From assembly GCA_027031935.1 (NCBI GenBank), contig JALVPF010000093.1:1-47631 (forward strand): a DNA stretch of 47,631 nt, written 5' to 3'. The position numbers and the translations under genes are program-made. Under the pieces are notes generated by a model. It searched no databases. It had not been told where the DNA came from and worked only from the letters and a program-made list of their open reading frames with translations. The DNA is from Myxococcales bacterium (GTDB taxonomy: Bacteria; Myxococcota; B64-G9). Below, one piece after another: positions 1 through 9,059 of this stretch (within the stretch, counting starts at the first letter, position 1; the number at the start of each line of letters is the position of its first letter).

Positions 1-713
1 GATTCGACGGCCCCTACCAGAAGTTCTGCCATGATTCCAACACCTGCCGTTGAAACCACAAGCCAAATCAAGGCTTTTTTCACAGACCAGTGTTCGGAAT
101 GATCCACGTCCTTTTCGTCCACCACTCCGTAGAGGTGCTTATGGGTGACGAGCGAAAAGACCAGACTTAGACCATAGGCTGCAAAAAGAACCAGTGCTAT
201 GGCCAGGCTAAGCTCATGCTCGGTTTCGACACCGCTTCTGATGCCATGCTCGAGCATGTGAAAAACAGCAGGGACCACAAGTCCCACCATGGAGAGCAAC
301 ATCAGGCTTGCGCCCAGCCCTGCCGCCATTCGATTGAATTTTTGGGTCGACTGCTTCAAGCCTCCAGCAAGGATGGCCATGCCCAAAACCAGAAGACTAT
401 TGCCAACTATTGATCCAGTGACAGATGCGAGCACCATGTCGTGGAGACCTCGCTGTAAAGCCAAAATACCGATGATCAGCTCAGCAGCGTTTCCAAAAGT
501 TGCGTTGAGCAGCCCCCCTGCTCCAGGCCCCAGTCTTGCAGCAAGGTGCTCTGTAGCCTCTCCCATCCAACCTGCCATGGGTATTATGGAAAGAGCCGAA
601 GTGACAAAAATCCACACGGACTCATCCGGCATGACAAACCTCAACACCAGCGCCACCGGAAAGAACACAGCCATGAAGCTCAGAGGGTGGATCTGCAAGG
701 AACCTAATCGCAT
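1..713 (-). CDS. Ca2+/H+ (cation/proton) exchanger, CaCA/CAX (ChaA-like) family; C-terminus lies beyond the window edge
   Basis: Absent from the ORF track because it runs off the window. My own minus-strand translation from the ATG at 713 gives MRLGSLQIHPLSFMAVFFPVALVLRF...GEATEHLAARLGPGAGGLLNATFGNAAELIIGILALQRG...SVTGSIVGNSLLVLGMAILAGG... It is a polytopic membrane protein with the GNAAE alpha-repeat signature of CAX/ChaA exchangers. Confidence 0.75.
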   Translation of the reverse strand, partial: MRLGSLQIHPLSFMAVFFPVALVLRFVMPDESVWIFVTSALSIIPMAGWMGEATEHLAARLGPGAGGLLNATFGNAAELIIGILALQRGLHDMVLASVTGSIVGNSLLVLGMAILAGGLKQSTQKFNRMAAGLGASLMLLSMVGLVVPAVFHMLEHGIRSGVETEHELSLAIALVLFAAYGLSLVFSLVTHKHLYGVVDEKDVDHSEHWSVKKALIWLVVSTAGVGIMAELLVGAVE

Positions 714-749
714 GGCCCCTCCATCATGAAATGATTACAACTGATGCAC

Positions 750-2141
750 CTACTCCTCCGATTCAACCACCACATCTCTGGCTTCACCCTCTCCTCCAGG
801 TTTTCCATCAGCGCCCAGAGAGCGTAGTGTATATGCGTTTTTACCCTTGGGCTCATAGATCAGGGAATTTCCATATGAGTCCTTTGGGAGCTCCTTCAAC
901 ATGCCCTTTTTCACCAAGACCCCCAGGCCTTCCTTGGCATCTGGATATCTCATGTAGTCCAGTCTGTACATATCCAAGGCTGTCTGCACATCAGCCAAGG
1001 CCATCTGTGTCTGACTCACTCTGGATTTTCTTGCATAGCCTACAAATGCCGGTATGGCAATGGCCGAGCCTATACCCAAGACGAAAGAAGCGCCAATGGT
1101 CATTTGACGCGATCCGCTTATCTCCACCGTGTTTGCCCTGTGCACCACCGCAGGTTTGTTGGTGACAGGTGGAAAAATCTCGTCCATGGTCTTGCTCACC
1201 GCCTTCTGATTCTTGAGCGCCTCTTTGGCGGCAAGAGGCATTTCCGGCATCTTGTCCAGGTCAAATCCCAACAAGAACTTGCCGTAAGCCCTGTACATGT
1301 GCGAGCCGCCTAGCATGAACTCCCTCATGCCCTTTAGAAAATACTCTCCCCTCTGTGCGCCTTTTGCATCGTCGAAATCCAGAGAAAGACTAAAGCCCTC
1401 ACCGGCCCTGAGACGGACCCTCGAAAGAGATCCAAGAAGCGTGGATACAGCCCGCAAATCGGGTTCGACTGCAATTTCTTTCAAAAACTTCCCGAAGGCA
1501 ACATCCATCTTCATAATCTCGTCACCAGCGAGGCCAGAACCGAGGTACGGATGAGCCTTCAGTATGCTTTCTGCCCCGTGTTTGTTCTTGAGTACGGCGG
1601 GCATTGATGCAGGGTCTGCAAAAACCAGCAAATCATCCAAAAGGCTTATCATCACCGGCCCGTCGTCATCATCGTTGTCCAGATACACCTCATGACCCTC
1701 CATGATCTGAGGCTGTGCTCCATCGGCGATCATGGATGGTAGTTGTTTGGCAAATTTCCCCTGCACCACCGCAACCAGGCCAGGTTCACCCTGATTTGCG
1801 AAGCGGATTCCTATGGCCATGAGATGAAGATCCTTAAAAATATCCACCGAGTATTGTTGCTGAATTTTTTTCAGCTCATCGTCTAATTGCCCAAACTGTT
1901 TTTCCAGTTCAGCCTTGGCCGCAGGAGTTGAAGCCACGGCAGGAGTTTGCATCATCCAATTTCTGACCTTTTGGTAGTCAGCGGAGACCTTGTCCAAATC
2001 AACGATTACAACCATATTGCTCTCAGGCTCGAGTACTGACAACAGTCTGGCAAATTTTCCACCATCATCCGCTCCAGCCCTTGCCGGAGAGCAAAGACAC
2101 AAAGCGAGTATTGCAATGCTTACGAATCTCCCAGTCATCAC
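750..2141 (-). CDS. Secreted protein: N-terminal ~330-aa domain of unknown function, then an internal pilin-like hydrophobic helix and a C-terminal GspG-like (T2SS major pseudopilin) domain
   Basis: 463-aa ORF with signal peptide MMTGRFVSIAILALCLCSPARA. The C-terminal 120 aa (GIGSAIAIPAFVGYARKSRVSQTQMALADVQTALDMYRLDYMRYPDAKEGLGVLV...LPKDSYGNSLIYEPKGKNAYTLRSLGADGKPGGEGEARDV) align by eye with GspG/EpsG. It is a paralogue of the upstream ORF. Confidence 0.8.
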   Translation of the reverse strand: MMTGRFVSIAILALCLCSPARAGADDGGKFARLLSVLEPESNMVVIVDLDKVSADYQKVRNWMMQTPAVASTPAAKAELEKQFGQLDDELKKIQQQYSVDIFKDLHLMAIGIRFANQGEPGLVAVVQGKFAKQLPSMIADGAQPQIMEGHEVYLDNDDDDGPVMISLLDDLLVFADPASMPAVLKNKHGAESILKAHPYLGSGLAGDEIMKMDVAFGKFLKEIAVEPDLRAVSTLLGSLSRVRLRAGEGFSLSLDFDDAKGAQRGEYFLKGMREFMLGGSHMYRAYGKFLLGFDLDKMPEMPLAAKEALKNQKAVSKTMDEIFPPVTNKPAVVHRANTVEISGSRQMTIGASFVLGIGSAIAIPAFVGYARKSRVSQTQMALADVQTALDMYRLDYMRYPDAKEGLGVLVKKGMLKELPKDSYGNSLIYEPKGKNAYTLRSLGADGKPGGEGEARDVVVESEE

Positions 2142-3406
2142 CTGGCCTCCTTCTTTTTTGCTGCACCCTTGCTGTCGTCCATGCGAAGAGTCCCGTCAGG
2201 ATTCACCTTTGGTGCCGAGTCCATTTTCATCAGGGCCTCATTCTGCTTCTTTTGTTCCAACTCCATCTCCGCCCTCTCGTTCTTCACTGCCTGCTGGTAC
2301 TTGATAAAACTTGGCACAGCCACAGAAGCCAGTATTCCGATTATGGACAAAGAGCCTTTGAGCATTCCCAGATCAGCCAGGAGTGTTACCTTTTTTCCAT
2401 CCACTTCCACTCTTGGAGCTTTTTGCGATTCTGGAAACAAAAAGTCCAAGCTTTGCTCCTGGGCTTTCCTGTCAGCCAATGCCGTCCTTATCTCTGGAGG
2501 CAGACCATCCAACAGGTCCAAATCCAGGGCCATGCTCATGAAAGTGATACCCCTTATCAGTTGCCGACCACCCATCATCATCTCTGCCTCTGCCTGAAGC
2601 AGGTTCTTGACATGGTCTGCACCATTATCGTCTGCACACACAAGTGACACCTCAACCTGGTCAGCTACGTCTACAAACAGTTGCCGTACGGAAAAAAGAC
2701 TCTCTACCATCATCAAATCCGGTGCCTGGTCCATTTCCTGTTTTGCCCATATCACGATCCATGGGGCCATGAAAAAGGACATGCGCAAATAGGATTTGGT
2801 GGCATCATCCCTGAAAAGTTCCGGATGGTGTTTGAGCAAAGTCTCAGAAACATCACCGCCCTTGAGCCTCTTTTCGGTCATGTCCCCGCTGCAGGCCACG
2901 AGAGTCTTGCCCCCCTCTATGGCCACCTGAAAGCCTGACTCGGGAATGGTCCAGACATCGGTTCCAAACTTTTTCTCGGGATTGACGCCCGGAAGGACTT
3001 TCTGAAAAACACCAGGTGGAATTTTTCCATCGATCACAGCCACCACGCTTGGAACCTCACCATTTTGCTTCAGATGGATTCCGATGGCCATGCGGTGGAA
3101 ATCCTTCAAGACATCGAATCCCAACATTCCCCTGGCAAGGGCAAGGCTGGAATCCAGAATGTTCAACTGCTGCTCTATCATTCGCTTGAGTTCAGGGTGC
3201 GCCGCCACGATGGGCACGGTCGTAACTGTCTTGCGCAGCTTGTCGAAGCCCCTGCTCAAGGACGCCAGGTCCACGATAAATACAACATCCGATTCCGCAT
3301 CCAGCCTGGAGACCAGTGGAACATAGGGCCCCTTTGGTGCCTTACTGCTTCCACATCCATAAACGAGCAGGCAGACTCCGATGAAAGATATTAGAGCGCG
3401 TCTCAT
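2138..3406 (-). CDS. Probable lipoprotein, paralogue of 750..2141, with a pilin-like hydrophobic helix near the C-terminus and a charged Lys/Glu-rich tail
   Basis: 422-aa ORF with lipobox-like LLVYGCGSS. It shares blocks with the downstream ORF (VFIVDLASLS/VVIVDLDKVS; DVLKDFHRMAIGI/DIFKDLHLMAIGI). The segment KGSLSIIGILASVAVPSFIKYQQA resembles a type IV pilin N-terminal helix. A 4-nt ATGA overlap with the next gene (2138..2141) is present. Confidence 0.75.
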   Translation of the reverse strand: MRRALISFIGVCLLVYGCGSSKAPKGPYVPLVSRLDAESDVVFIVDLASLSRGFDKLRKTVTTVPIVAAHPELKRMIEQQLNILDSSLALARGMLGFDVLKDFHRMAIGIHLKQNGEVPSVVAVIDGKIPPGVFQKVLPGVNPEKKFGTDVWTIPESGFQVAIEGGKTLVACSGDMTEKRLKGGDVSETLLKHHPELFRDDATKSYLRMSFFMAPWIVIWAKQEMDQAPDLMMVESLFSVRQLFVDVADQVEVSLVCADDNGADHVKNLLQAEAEMMMGGRQLIRGITFMSMALDLDLLDGLPPEIRTALADRKAQEQSLDFLFPESQKAPRVEVDGKKVTLLADLGMLKGSLSIIGILASVAVPSFIKYQQAVKNERAEMELEQKKQNEALMKMDSAPKVNPDGTLRMDDSKGAAKKKEAR

Positions 3407-3483
3407 GAAAAACTCCCTCCGTAAAATTGGCCAAATATTCAGTGATACAACGAAAGATGCATATCACAATCTCCCATCATCTG

Positions 3484-3525
3484 GAATCAGATTTCCCATA
3501 AGGTTTGTGGGGGTCGGTAAGATTG
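3484..3525. repeat. Degenerate partial copy of the 5' part of the 150-nt repeat found at 35736 and 43811
   Basis: GAATCAGATTTCCCA is identical to both full copies. The following ~25 nt (TAAGGTTTGTGGGGGTCGGTAAGAT) match only partly (..TTGTG.GG.TC.GG.AGAT). It lies in the divergent intergenic region between 3406 and 3600. Confidence 0.4.
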
Positions 3526-3599
3526 ACATGCCGTCCCATGCATCTGTATCATGCGCACACGTGTATAAACTTCGTCAGATGATTCACGGGAGGGTTTCC

Positions 3600-5297
3600 A
3601 TGACCATTTCAGAACAAAGACCTTGGCTTGACAATTGGCCAGAGAACGTCCCCAAACATCTCGATTACCCGGACAAGTCCCTGGGTGAAATTTTCGACGA
3701 CACATGTTCTCAATACTCGGACAGGCCTGCTGTCATTTTTCCATACAACCAGAAAATGGACTCCACCATAAGCTACGCTCAACTAAAGGCATGGGTGGAT
3801 TCGTTTGCTACTTCCCTGTCCCAGTTGGGAGTAAAAAAGGGAGACGTTGTAGGCATCAGGCTTCCCAATACCATTCACTATGTCATCGCCTATTTTGCAG
3901 CCATGAAACTCGGAGCCATAGTCACGGCCAACAACCCCCTGTACAAGGCGGCTGAGGTGGAACACCAGTTCAACGACTCAGGAGCCAAGGTCCTCGTGGT
4001 AATGGATATCGTATACGAAGAAGCAGCAAGGGCCCTTCCCAAAACAAAGATCGAAAAGGTCATCGGCTGCAATATCGCCGACTTCATGCCAGGCTTGAAA
4101 CGTTTCCTCGGCAAGCTCCTGGGCAAGATTCCACAGGCTCCCATGAGCGCGGATGTTCTACGGTTTACCGATCTCCTCCACACGAAGCCATCCCTGCCCA
4201 AGGTGGAGTTGAACCCCAGAGAGGATCTGGCGGTGCTCCAATACACGGGCGGAACCACGGGTCGCCCAAAGGGTGCCATGCTCACCCACTACAACCTGGT
4301 CTGCAACGCATACCAGACAAAGGCATGGGAGTGGAAGAACCGACCGGGTGAGGACCTCATATGCGGGGTGCTGCCATTGTTCCACATCTACGCCATGACT
4401 ACGGTGATGAACCTTGCCGTGATTTCCGGAAGCTCCATGCTGCTTTTCCCCAAACCCCCTGAAGACTGGGCGGTGTTGCTGGCTGCCATAGAGAAGTACA
4501 AAGTGAATCTTTTTCCAGGTGTGGCCGCTTTGTACAACGCCATAAACAATCATCCAAAGGTCAAGGAATACGATCTGTCTTCCATCAGGGCATGTCTGTC
4601 AGGAGCAGGTCCCTTACCGGAACAGATACAGACCAGGTTCGAAGAACTCTCCGGCGCGAGGCTCATCGAAGGTTATGGTCTGACCGAAGCTTCTCCGGTC
4701 ACCCATGCAAATCCTCTCTACGGTCGCAGAAAAATCGGCTCCATTGGTCTGCCCTTTCCGGACACGGAAGCAAAGATCATGGACAAGGACACGGGTGAAA
4801 AGGAATTGGAGCCCGGCCGAATAGGAGAACTGGTTGTCAAAGGTCCGCAGGTGATGAAAGGTTATTACAACACGGACGAAAACTCTGATGTGCTGAGAGA
4901 TGGGTGGCTGTATACAGGCGATCTGGGAACAGTGGATGAGGAGGGGTACTTCAAGATCGTGGATCGCAAGAAAGACATGATAAAACGCAGCGGATATTCG
5001 GTATTTCCGGCAGAAGTGGAAGAATATCTCTATCAAAACGAACACGTGCTCGAATGTGCTGTCATCGGGATTCCGGACAAGAAATCCGGCGAGGAGATAA
5101 AAGCCTTCATAGCCCTCAAACCTGAATCTGTAGGCAAGGTCAGTGAGCAGGATATCATACAGTGGGCCAAGGACAACATGGCAGCATACAAATACCCGCG
5201 GCTGGTGGAATTCAGAGAAGAAATTCCCAAAGGCACAGCAGGAAAAATACTGCGCCGAGAACTCAAGGAAGAGGAGTTGGAAAAGAAAAAATCATGA
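3600..5297 (+). CDS. fadD: Long-chain fatty-acid--CoA ligase (AMP-dependent synthetase/ligase, FadD-like)
   Basis: AMP-binding motifs are present: LQYTGGTTGRPKGAMLTHYN, GYGLTEASP, YTGDLG, DRKKDMIKRSGYSVFP. The start was moved from the ORF-track 3381 to the ATG at 3600 (MTISEQRPWLDNWPE) for two reasons: a GGGAGGG lies 8-14 nt upstream, and 3381 would overlap the divergent gene that starts at 3406. Confidence 0.9.
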   Translation: MTISEQRPWLDNWPENVPKHLDYPDKSLGEIFDDTCSQYSDRPAVIFPYNQKMDSTISYAQLKAWVDSFATSLSQLGVKKGDVVGIRLPNTIHYVIAYFAAMKLGAIVTANNPLYKAAEVEHQFNDSGAKVLVVMDIVYEEAARALPKTKIEKVIGCNIADFMPGLKRFLGKLLGKIPQAPMSADVLRFTDLLHTKPSLPKVELNPREDLAVLQYTGGTTGRPKGAMLTHYNLVCNAYQTKAWEWKNRPGEDLICGVLPLFHIYAMTTVMNLAVISGSSMLLFPKPPEDWAVLLAAIEKYKVNLFPGVAALYNAINNHPKVKEYDLSSIRACLSGAGPLPEQIQTRFEELSGARLIEGYGLTEASPVTHANPLYGRRKIGSIGLPFPDTEAKIMDKDTGEKELEPGRIGELVVKGPQVMKGYYNTDENSDVLRDGWLYTGDLGTVDEEGYFKIVDRKKDMIKRSGYSVFPAEVEEYLYQNEHVLECAVIGIPDKKSGEEIKAFIALKPESVGKVSEQDIIQWAKDNMAAYKYPRLVEFREEIPKGTAGKILRRELKEEELEKKKS

Positions 5298-7705
5298 CCT
5301 TCAAAATCCCAGAAATTCATCCCGGAATATTTCCAATATTTGTTCTGTTTTTTTCCACCACTCTCATGGCACAGGATATCTCGGAAACAAAAAAGATATC
5401 CATTCTTTTCACTACAGATCTCTATGGATTGTTCAGCCCGGTAAAATGTGATGCTCCACCACAAACCGACTTTGCCAACCTGGTGGGAACCATAAAAAAG
5501 ATACGCGAAGAAAACAAAAGACAAGGGCTGAGTGAGCCGCTCGTACTCAACGGTGGCGACAACATCGGTCCCAGGGCCTTTGCCAGGTTCGTACTCATAC
5601 AAGGTCAATCTGGTGGCGAGGCCATGGCCAGATGGCTCAAGGCTGCAGGCTATGGACTAATCGCTTTGGGCAACCAGGATTTTTATGCCGTTGCCCAACG
5701 ACTGGCTGCGTACCTCAAGGGAGGAAAGGATCTCGGCCTGGATTTCTCAGCAGCCAACCTGGACTGCAAGACCAAAAAAGGCATCTGCAAGTATATTGGA
5801 GCTGGTCCGGGTCGGTTCAAGATGTTCCAACGCGATGGATTGAACATTGCGGTACTGAGCGTTATACACGCTGACCTGGCAAAGCTGGTCGGGCCCGGAA
5901 GGCTCGACAACATACAGGTCGAAGACCCGGCACAAAGAGCGAAAGAGGTTATTGAGGCAGCACGCCAGGCAGGGGCTGACCTGGTGATCGTCATCTCTCA
6001 TACGGAACACGCAGAGACATCTCCACGTACCACCATTGCCTTGGCAAGGGCCATTCCAGACGCTGATCTTGTGATCGCAAACGCCTTTACCGTGAACAAG
6101 GATGATAGAGGTATCGGTGTAATCAGGTTTTCCGATGGTGCGTCACCCATTATCGGATGCGATCTCATGGGTGAACACCTCTGCCTGGCGCAACTCGAAG
6201 CAAAAAAGACCGGGGGCAGGTGGCGAGTGTCGAATCTGTCCAACCAGGAGCTGAATCCTTCGTCAGCAAAACCGGACGAACAGGTACGCAAAGAAATTGA
6301 AGAATACCTGAAAGACTACTGCTCAAAGTGGGATAAGCCTGTGGGCAAGGGGAAGCTGGCCCGGGCGATGAACCCGGACGATTTCCGAAGATACATAATG
6401 GAGATCATGCGTGCATCGAGCAAAAGCGAACTTGCATTCATAAACCGGGGCCTGGTGGATGAATCGGTCGTCTTCCCCATGAAAGGGCACATCACGAGAC
6501 ACGATTTTTTTGCAGGTCTTCCCCACAGAAACAAGCTCTACACCTTTGGGCTGAAAGGCAAGCAGGTAAATGCACTGTGTAAAAAACTGCTCAAGGAAAA
6601 ACAAGTAAGCGGCAAGACCAGGCTCGAACATCTTGGTCTGTCCTGTGGGAAGAAAAACAGGGTAAACGGCAGACTCATCGATCCCAACGATACCTATACG
6701 GCAATAACCATTGAATACCTGGCGGCTGGAGTCCTCGGATACTTCGATCCGAAAAAAATCCACATGAAGCCCTTCATGCAGCAAGGATTCGATCATCAAC
6801 CCATACTTGGTCAGGTGGCGAGAAAATTTCTCTCCAGCCCCAGGTTCCAAGGCGACAACCCGGAGCTCATCGACCCTGATCAAAACTTCTCCGATCTGTC
6901 ACGTACGCTGAGATGGACCTTCTTCGGTGGACTCAACCTGAACCTGTCAGACACTGCCATATACAACGATCGTGCATATGATCAATCGCAACTTGCCAGG
7001 GACGAGTTCATGGCCCTGAAAGGAGAAATAAGGGCCAGGATTGAGGCAAACTCCAGAATTCACGGCCTGTCCATAGATGCAAGGCTGAAATATGCAAAAT
7101 CGTCCACAGCTGACGGACCCTGGATAGAGAGTGAAGACCTGACCACAGTCAACGCGGTATACAAGCTCAAGTCTTTCAGGGATGCCAACTCTGGCTGGTA
7201 CGTTCCCATGCCCTACCTGGAATCCAAGCTGGAGACGGAACTGACCAAGCCCCAGGACGATCCTGCAACAACGGAGATTGATGAAGGTCGCTCATACCAC
7301 CACCTGGAAGTAACCGCCACCTTGGGCACCAGGTTCAAGCTGCTGCAGACCCTGGAGGCAAAAGCAGGATTCGGTCTCAGGGACGAGACATTAGACCCCG
7401 ACGCAAAGCCGGTATATGGATTCGACATAGGCTACCTGCTGAAGAAAACGAACCTGCTGAGCTTGCTGGGAAGTCCTCTTCAGATGGAATCGCAACTCAC
7501 GGCATTCTTCGGAGACCTGGGCCGTACCAACACCCTGAAGGGGACCTGGACAAATCGCTTGTATTTTTCCATCATCGGGCCCATATACTTCAATATCACC
7601 CACGAATTGTTCGTTTACAGATACTCCACGTGGGATTACGGAATTGCTTCGGATTTCACATTCGGCCTGAGCTATAACGCTCAGACTTCGTTGCAGGCAT
7701 TTTGA
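5294..7705 (+). CDS. Secreted 5'-nucleotidase/metallophosphoesterase-like protein with degenerate metal-binding motifs, fused to a C-terminal putative outer-membrane beta-barrel
   Basis: Start is at the ATG at 5294 (MTFKIPEIHPGIFPIFVLFFSTTLMA|QD signal peptide), in an ATGA overlap with the fadD stop. The N-terminal ~540 aa have UshA/CpdB-like order (LFTTDLYG, NGGDNIGP, GNQDFY, VISHTEH, then a 5'-nucleotidase C-terminal-like AFINRG...TIEYLAAGVLGY). The last ~260 aa have alternating beta-strand patterns and end in ...SLQAF, with the terminal Phe of an OMP beta-signal. Confidence 0.75.
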   Translation: MTFKIPEIHPGIFPIFVLFFSTTLMAQDISETKKISILFTTDLYGLFSPVKCDAPPQTDFANLVGTIKKIREENKRQGLSEPLVLNGGDNIGPRAFARFVLIQGQSGGEAMARWLKAAGYGLIALGNQDFYAVAQRLAAYLKGGKDLGLDFSAANLDCKTKKGICKYIGAGPGRFKMFQRDGLNIAVLSVIHADLAKLVGPGRLDNIQVEDPAQRAKEVIEAARQAGADLVIVISHTEHAETSPRTTIALARAIPDADLVIANAFTVNKDDRGIGVIRFSDGASPIIGCDLMGEHLCLAQLEAKKTGGRWRVSNLSNQELNPSSAKPDEQVRKEIEEYLKDYCSKWDKPVGKGKLARAMNPDDFRRYIMEIMRASSKSELAFINRGLVDESVVFPMKGHITRHDFFAGLPHRNKLYTFGLKGKQVNALCKKLLKEKQVSGKTRLEHLGLSCGKKNRVNGRLIDPNDTYTAITIEYLAAGVLGYFDPKKIHMKPFMQQGFDHQPILGQVARKFLSSPRFQGDNPELIDPDQNFSDLSRTLRWTFFGGLNLNLSDTAIYNDRAYDQSQLARDEFMALKGEIRARIEANSRIHGLSIDARLKYAKSSTADGPWIESEDLTTVNAVYKLKSFRDANSGWYVPMPYLESKLETELTKPQDDPATTEIDEGRSYHHLEVTATLGTRFKLLQTLEAKAGFGLRDETLDPDAKPVYGFDIGYLLKKTNLLSLLGSPLQMESQLTAFFGDLGRTNTLKGTWTNRLYFSIIGPIYFNITHELFVYRYSTWDYGIASDFTFGLSYNAQTSLQAF

Positions 7706-7747
7706 GACGGTCGGTTCGGACCTGCACAACACAAACGGAGGGCTATC

Positions 7748-8968
7748 ATGGATTTCAATATCTTGTCTTCTCTCGCCACCAAGTCGAAATCAAAGGTGTT
7801 GCTGGTTGTCCTGGACGGCCTTGGTGGTCTGCCGGGAGAGCAGGGGCTGACAGCACTGGAGGCCGCAGAAACTCCCAACATGAACAAGGTTGCAGAATAT
7901 GGTGAATGTGGTTTCCACGATCCCGTGTCTCCTGGAATCACCCCGGGGTCCGGACCTGCTCATATCGGACTTTTCGGCTACGCTCCCTTCAAGTACAACA
8001 TCGGCAGAGGGGTGCTGGACACGGCTGGAACACCTTTTGTTTTCGAACCCGGCGACCTGGCAGCCCGATTGAACTTTGCAACCCTGGCTGCAGACGGAAC
8101 CATCTCGGACAGGAGAGCTGGACGCATTTCCGACGAAGAAGGAAAGCGGGTCGTAAAAAAGCTTTCGGAAAAAATCACCGAGATTGATGGAGTCAAGTTA
8201 CTCCTGCAGCATGTAAAGGAATACAGGGCTGCAGCCATATTCCGCGGTGCCGAACTCGATGGCAAGCTGTGCGACTCGGACCCCCAAAAAGTAGGACTGA
8301 AGCCACTGGAGGTCAAACCGCTGACAGACGAACCAGACCCAAAGGCAGAGCTTGGTGCAAAACTGGCCAACGAGTTCATTCGCCAGGCAAAAGAAGTTCT
8401 AAAGGACGAGCCCAAGGCCAATTTCCTGATGATGCGCGGCTTTGATGTATACGATCCCCTGCCCAATTTCAGCACGATGTACAAATGGACGGCAACTGCG
8501 GTCGCTGCTTACCCCATGTACAAGGGTGTGGCCAAGCTGGCTGGGATGAACGTCATAGAAAGAGGCCAGAACACCATCGAAGAGGAAGTTCAAATCGTGG
8601 AAGATATATGGAACGAGACGGACTTCGTCTTTCTCCATATAAAGAAAACCGATTCAGCGGGCGAAGACGGAAACATGTCCAAAAAGATCGAGGTGATAGA
8701 ACACTTTGACCGGGTCTTGCCCAGGCTTCTTGCGCTCAAGCCAGATGTCCTGTGCATCACGGGAGATCACTCGACCCCGTGTACCATGAAGAGCCATTCA
8801 TGGCATCCAGTACCCATCTGTATCAACTCTGCTGTCAACAGGATCGACAATGTGAAGAAATTCGGAGAGCGAGACTTCATGCAAGGCGGCCTTGGACGCA
8901 TCCACTCAACCGATGTAATGCCATTACTGCTCGCCCACGCAGGACGTCTGAAAAAATACGGCGCGTGA
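7748..8968 (+). CDS. apgM: 2,3-bisphosphoglycerate-independent phosphoglycerate mutase, archaeal-type (ApgM family)
   Basis: 406 aa. KVLLVVLDGLGGLP...LEAAETPNMNKVA...GITPGSGPAHIGLFGY...HIKKTDSAGEDGN...ITGDHSTPC are typical of the ApgM/cofactor-independent PGM alkaline-phosphatase superfamily. Confidence 0.88.
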   Translation: MDFNILSSLATKSKSKVLLVVLDGLGGLPGEQGLTALEAAETPNMNKVAEYGECGFHDPVSPGITPGSGPAHIGLFGYAPFKYNIGRGVLDTAGTPFVFEPGDLAARLNFATLAADGTISDRRAGRISDEEGKRVVKKLSEKITEIDGVKLLLQHVKEYRAAAIFRGAELDGKLCDSDPQKVGLKPLEVKPLTDEPDPKAELGAKLANEFIRQAKEVLKDEPKANFLMMRGFDVYDPLPNFSTMYKWTATAVAAYPMYKGVAKLAGMNVIERGQNTIEEEVQIVEDIWNETDFVFLHIKKTDSAGEDGNMSKKIEVIEHFDRVLPRLLALKPDVLCITGDHSTPCTMKSHSWHPVPICINSAVNRIDNVKKFGERDFMQGGLGRIHSTDVMPLLLAHAGRLKKYGA

Positions 8969-9059
8969 TCTGAGAGTCCAAAAAACTACAGATTCTTCAT
9001 ATTATCTCGAGTTGCGAATCGAGTTAGGGTTTGCATTTTCAATGGACCGGGTGTTACGA

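Noticed and set aside
3381-3599. N-terminal 73-aa extension of the fadD ORF in the track (start at 3381)
   Set aside because: It overlaps the divergent gene's start at 3406 and has no AMP-ligase homology. A good RBS (GGGAGGG) precedes the ATG at 3600, where the conserved N-terminus begins.
5162-5293. N-terminal extension of the 847-aa ORF, plus the antisense 191-aa ORF 5033..5608
   Set aside because: The extension lies inside the fadD coding sequence and is Arg/Gly/Gln-rich with no signal peptide; the real start at 5294 gives a signal peptide and an ATGA coupling. The antisense ORF spans the fadD end and the next gene's start and has no recognisable features.
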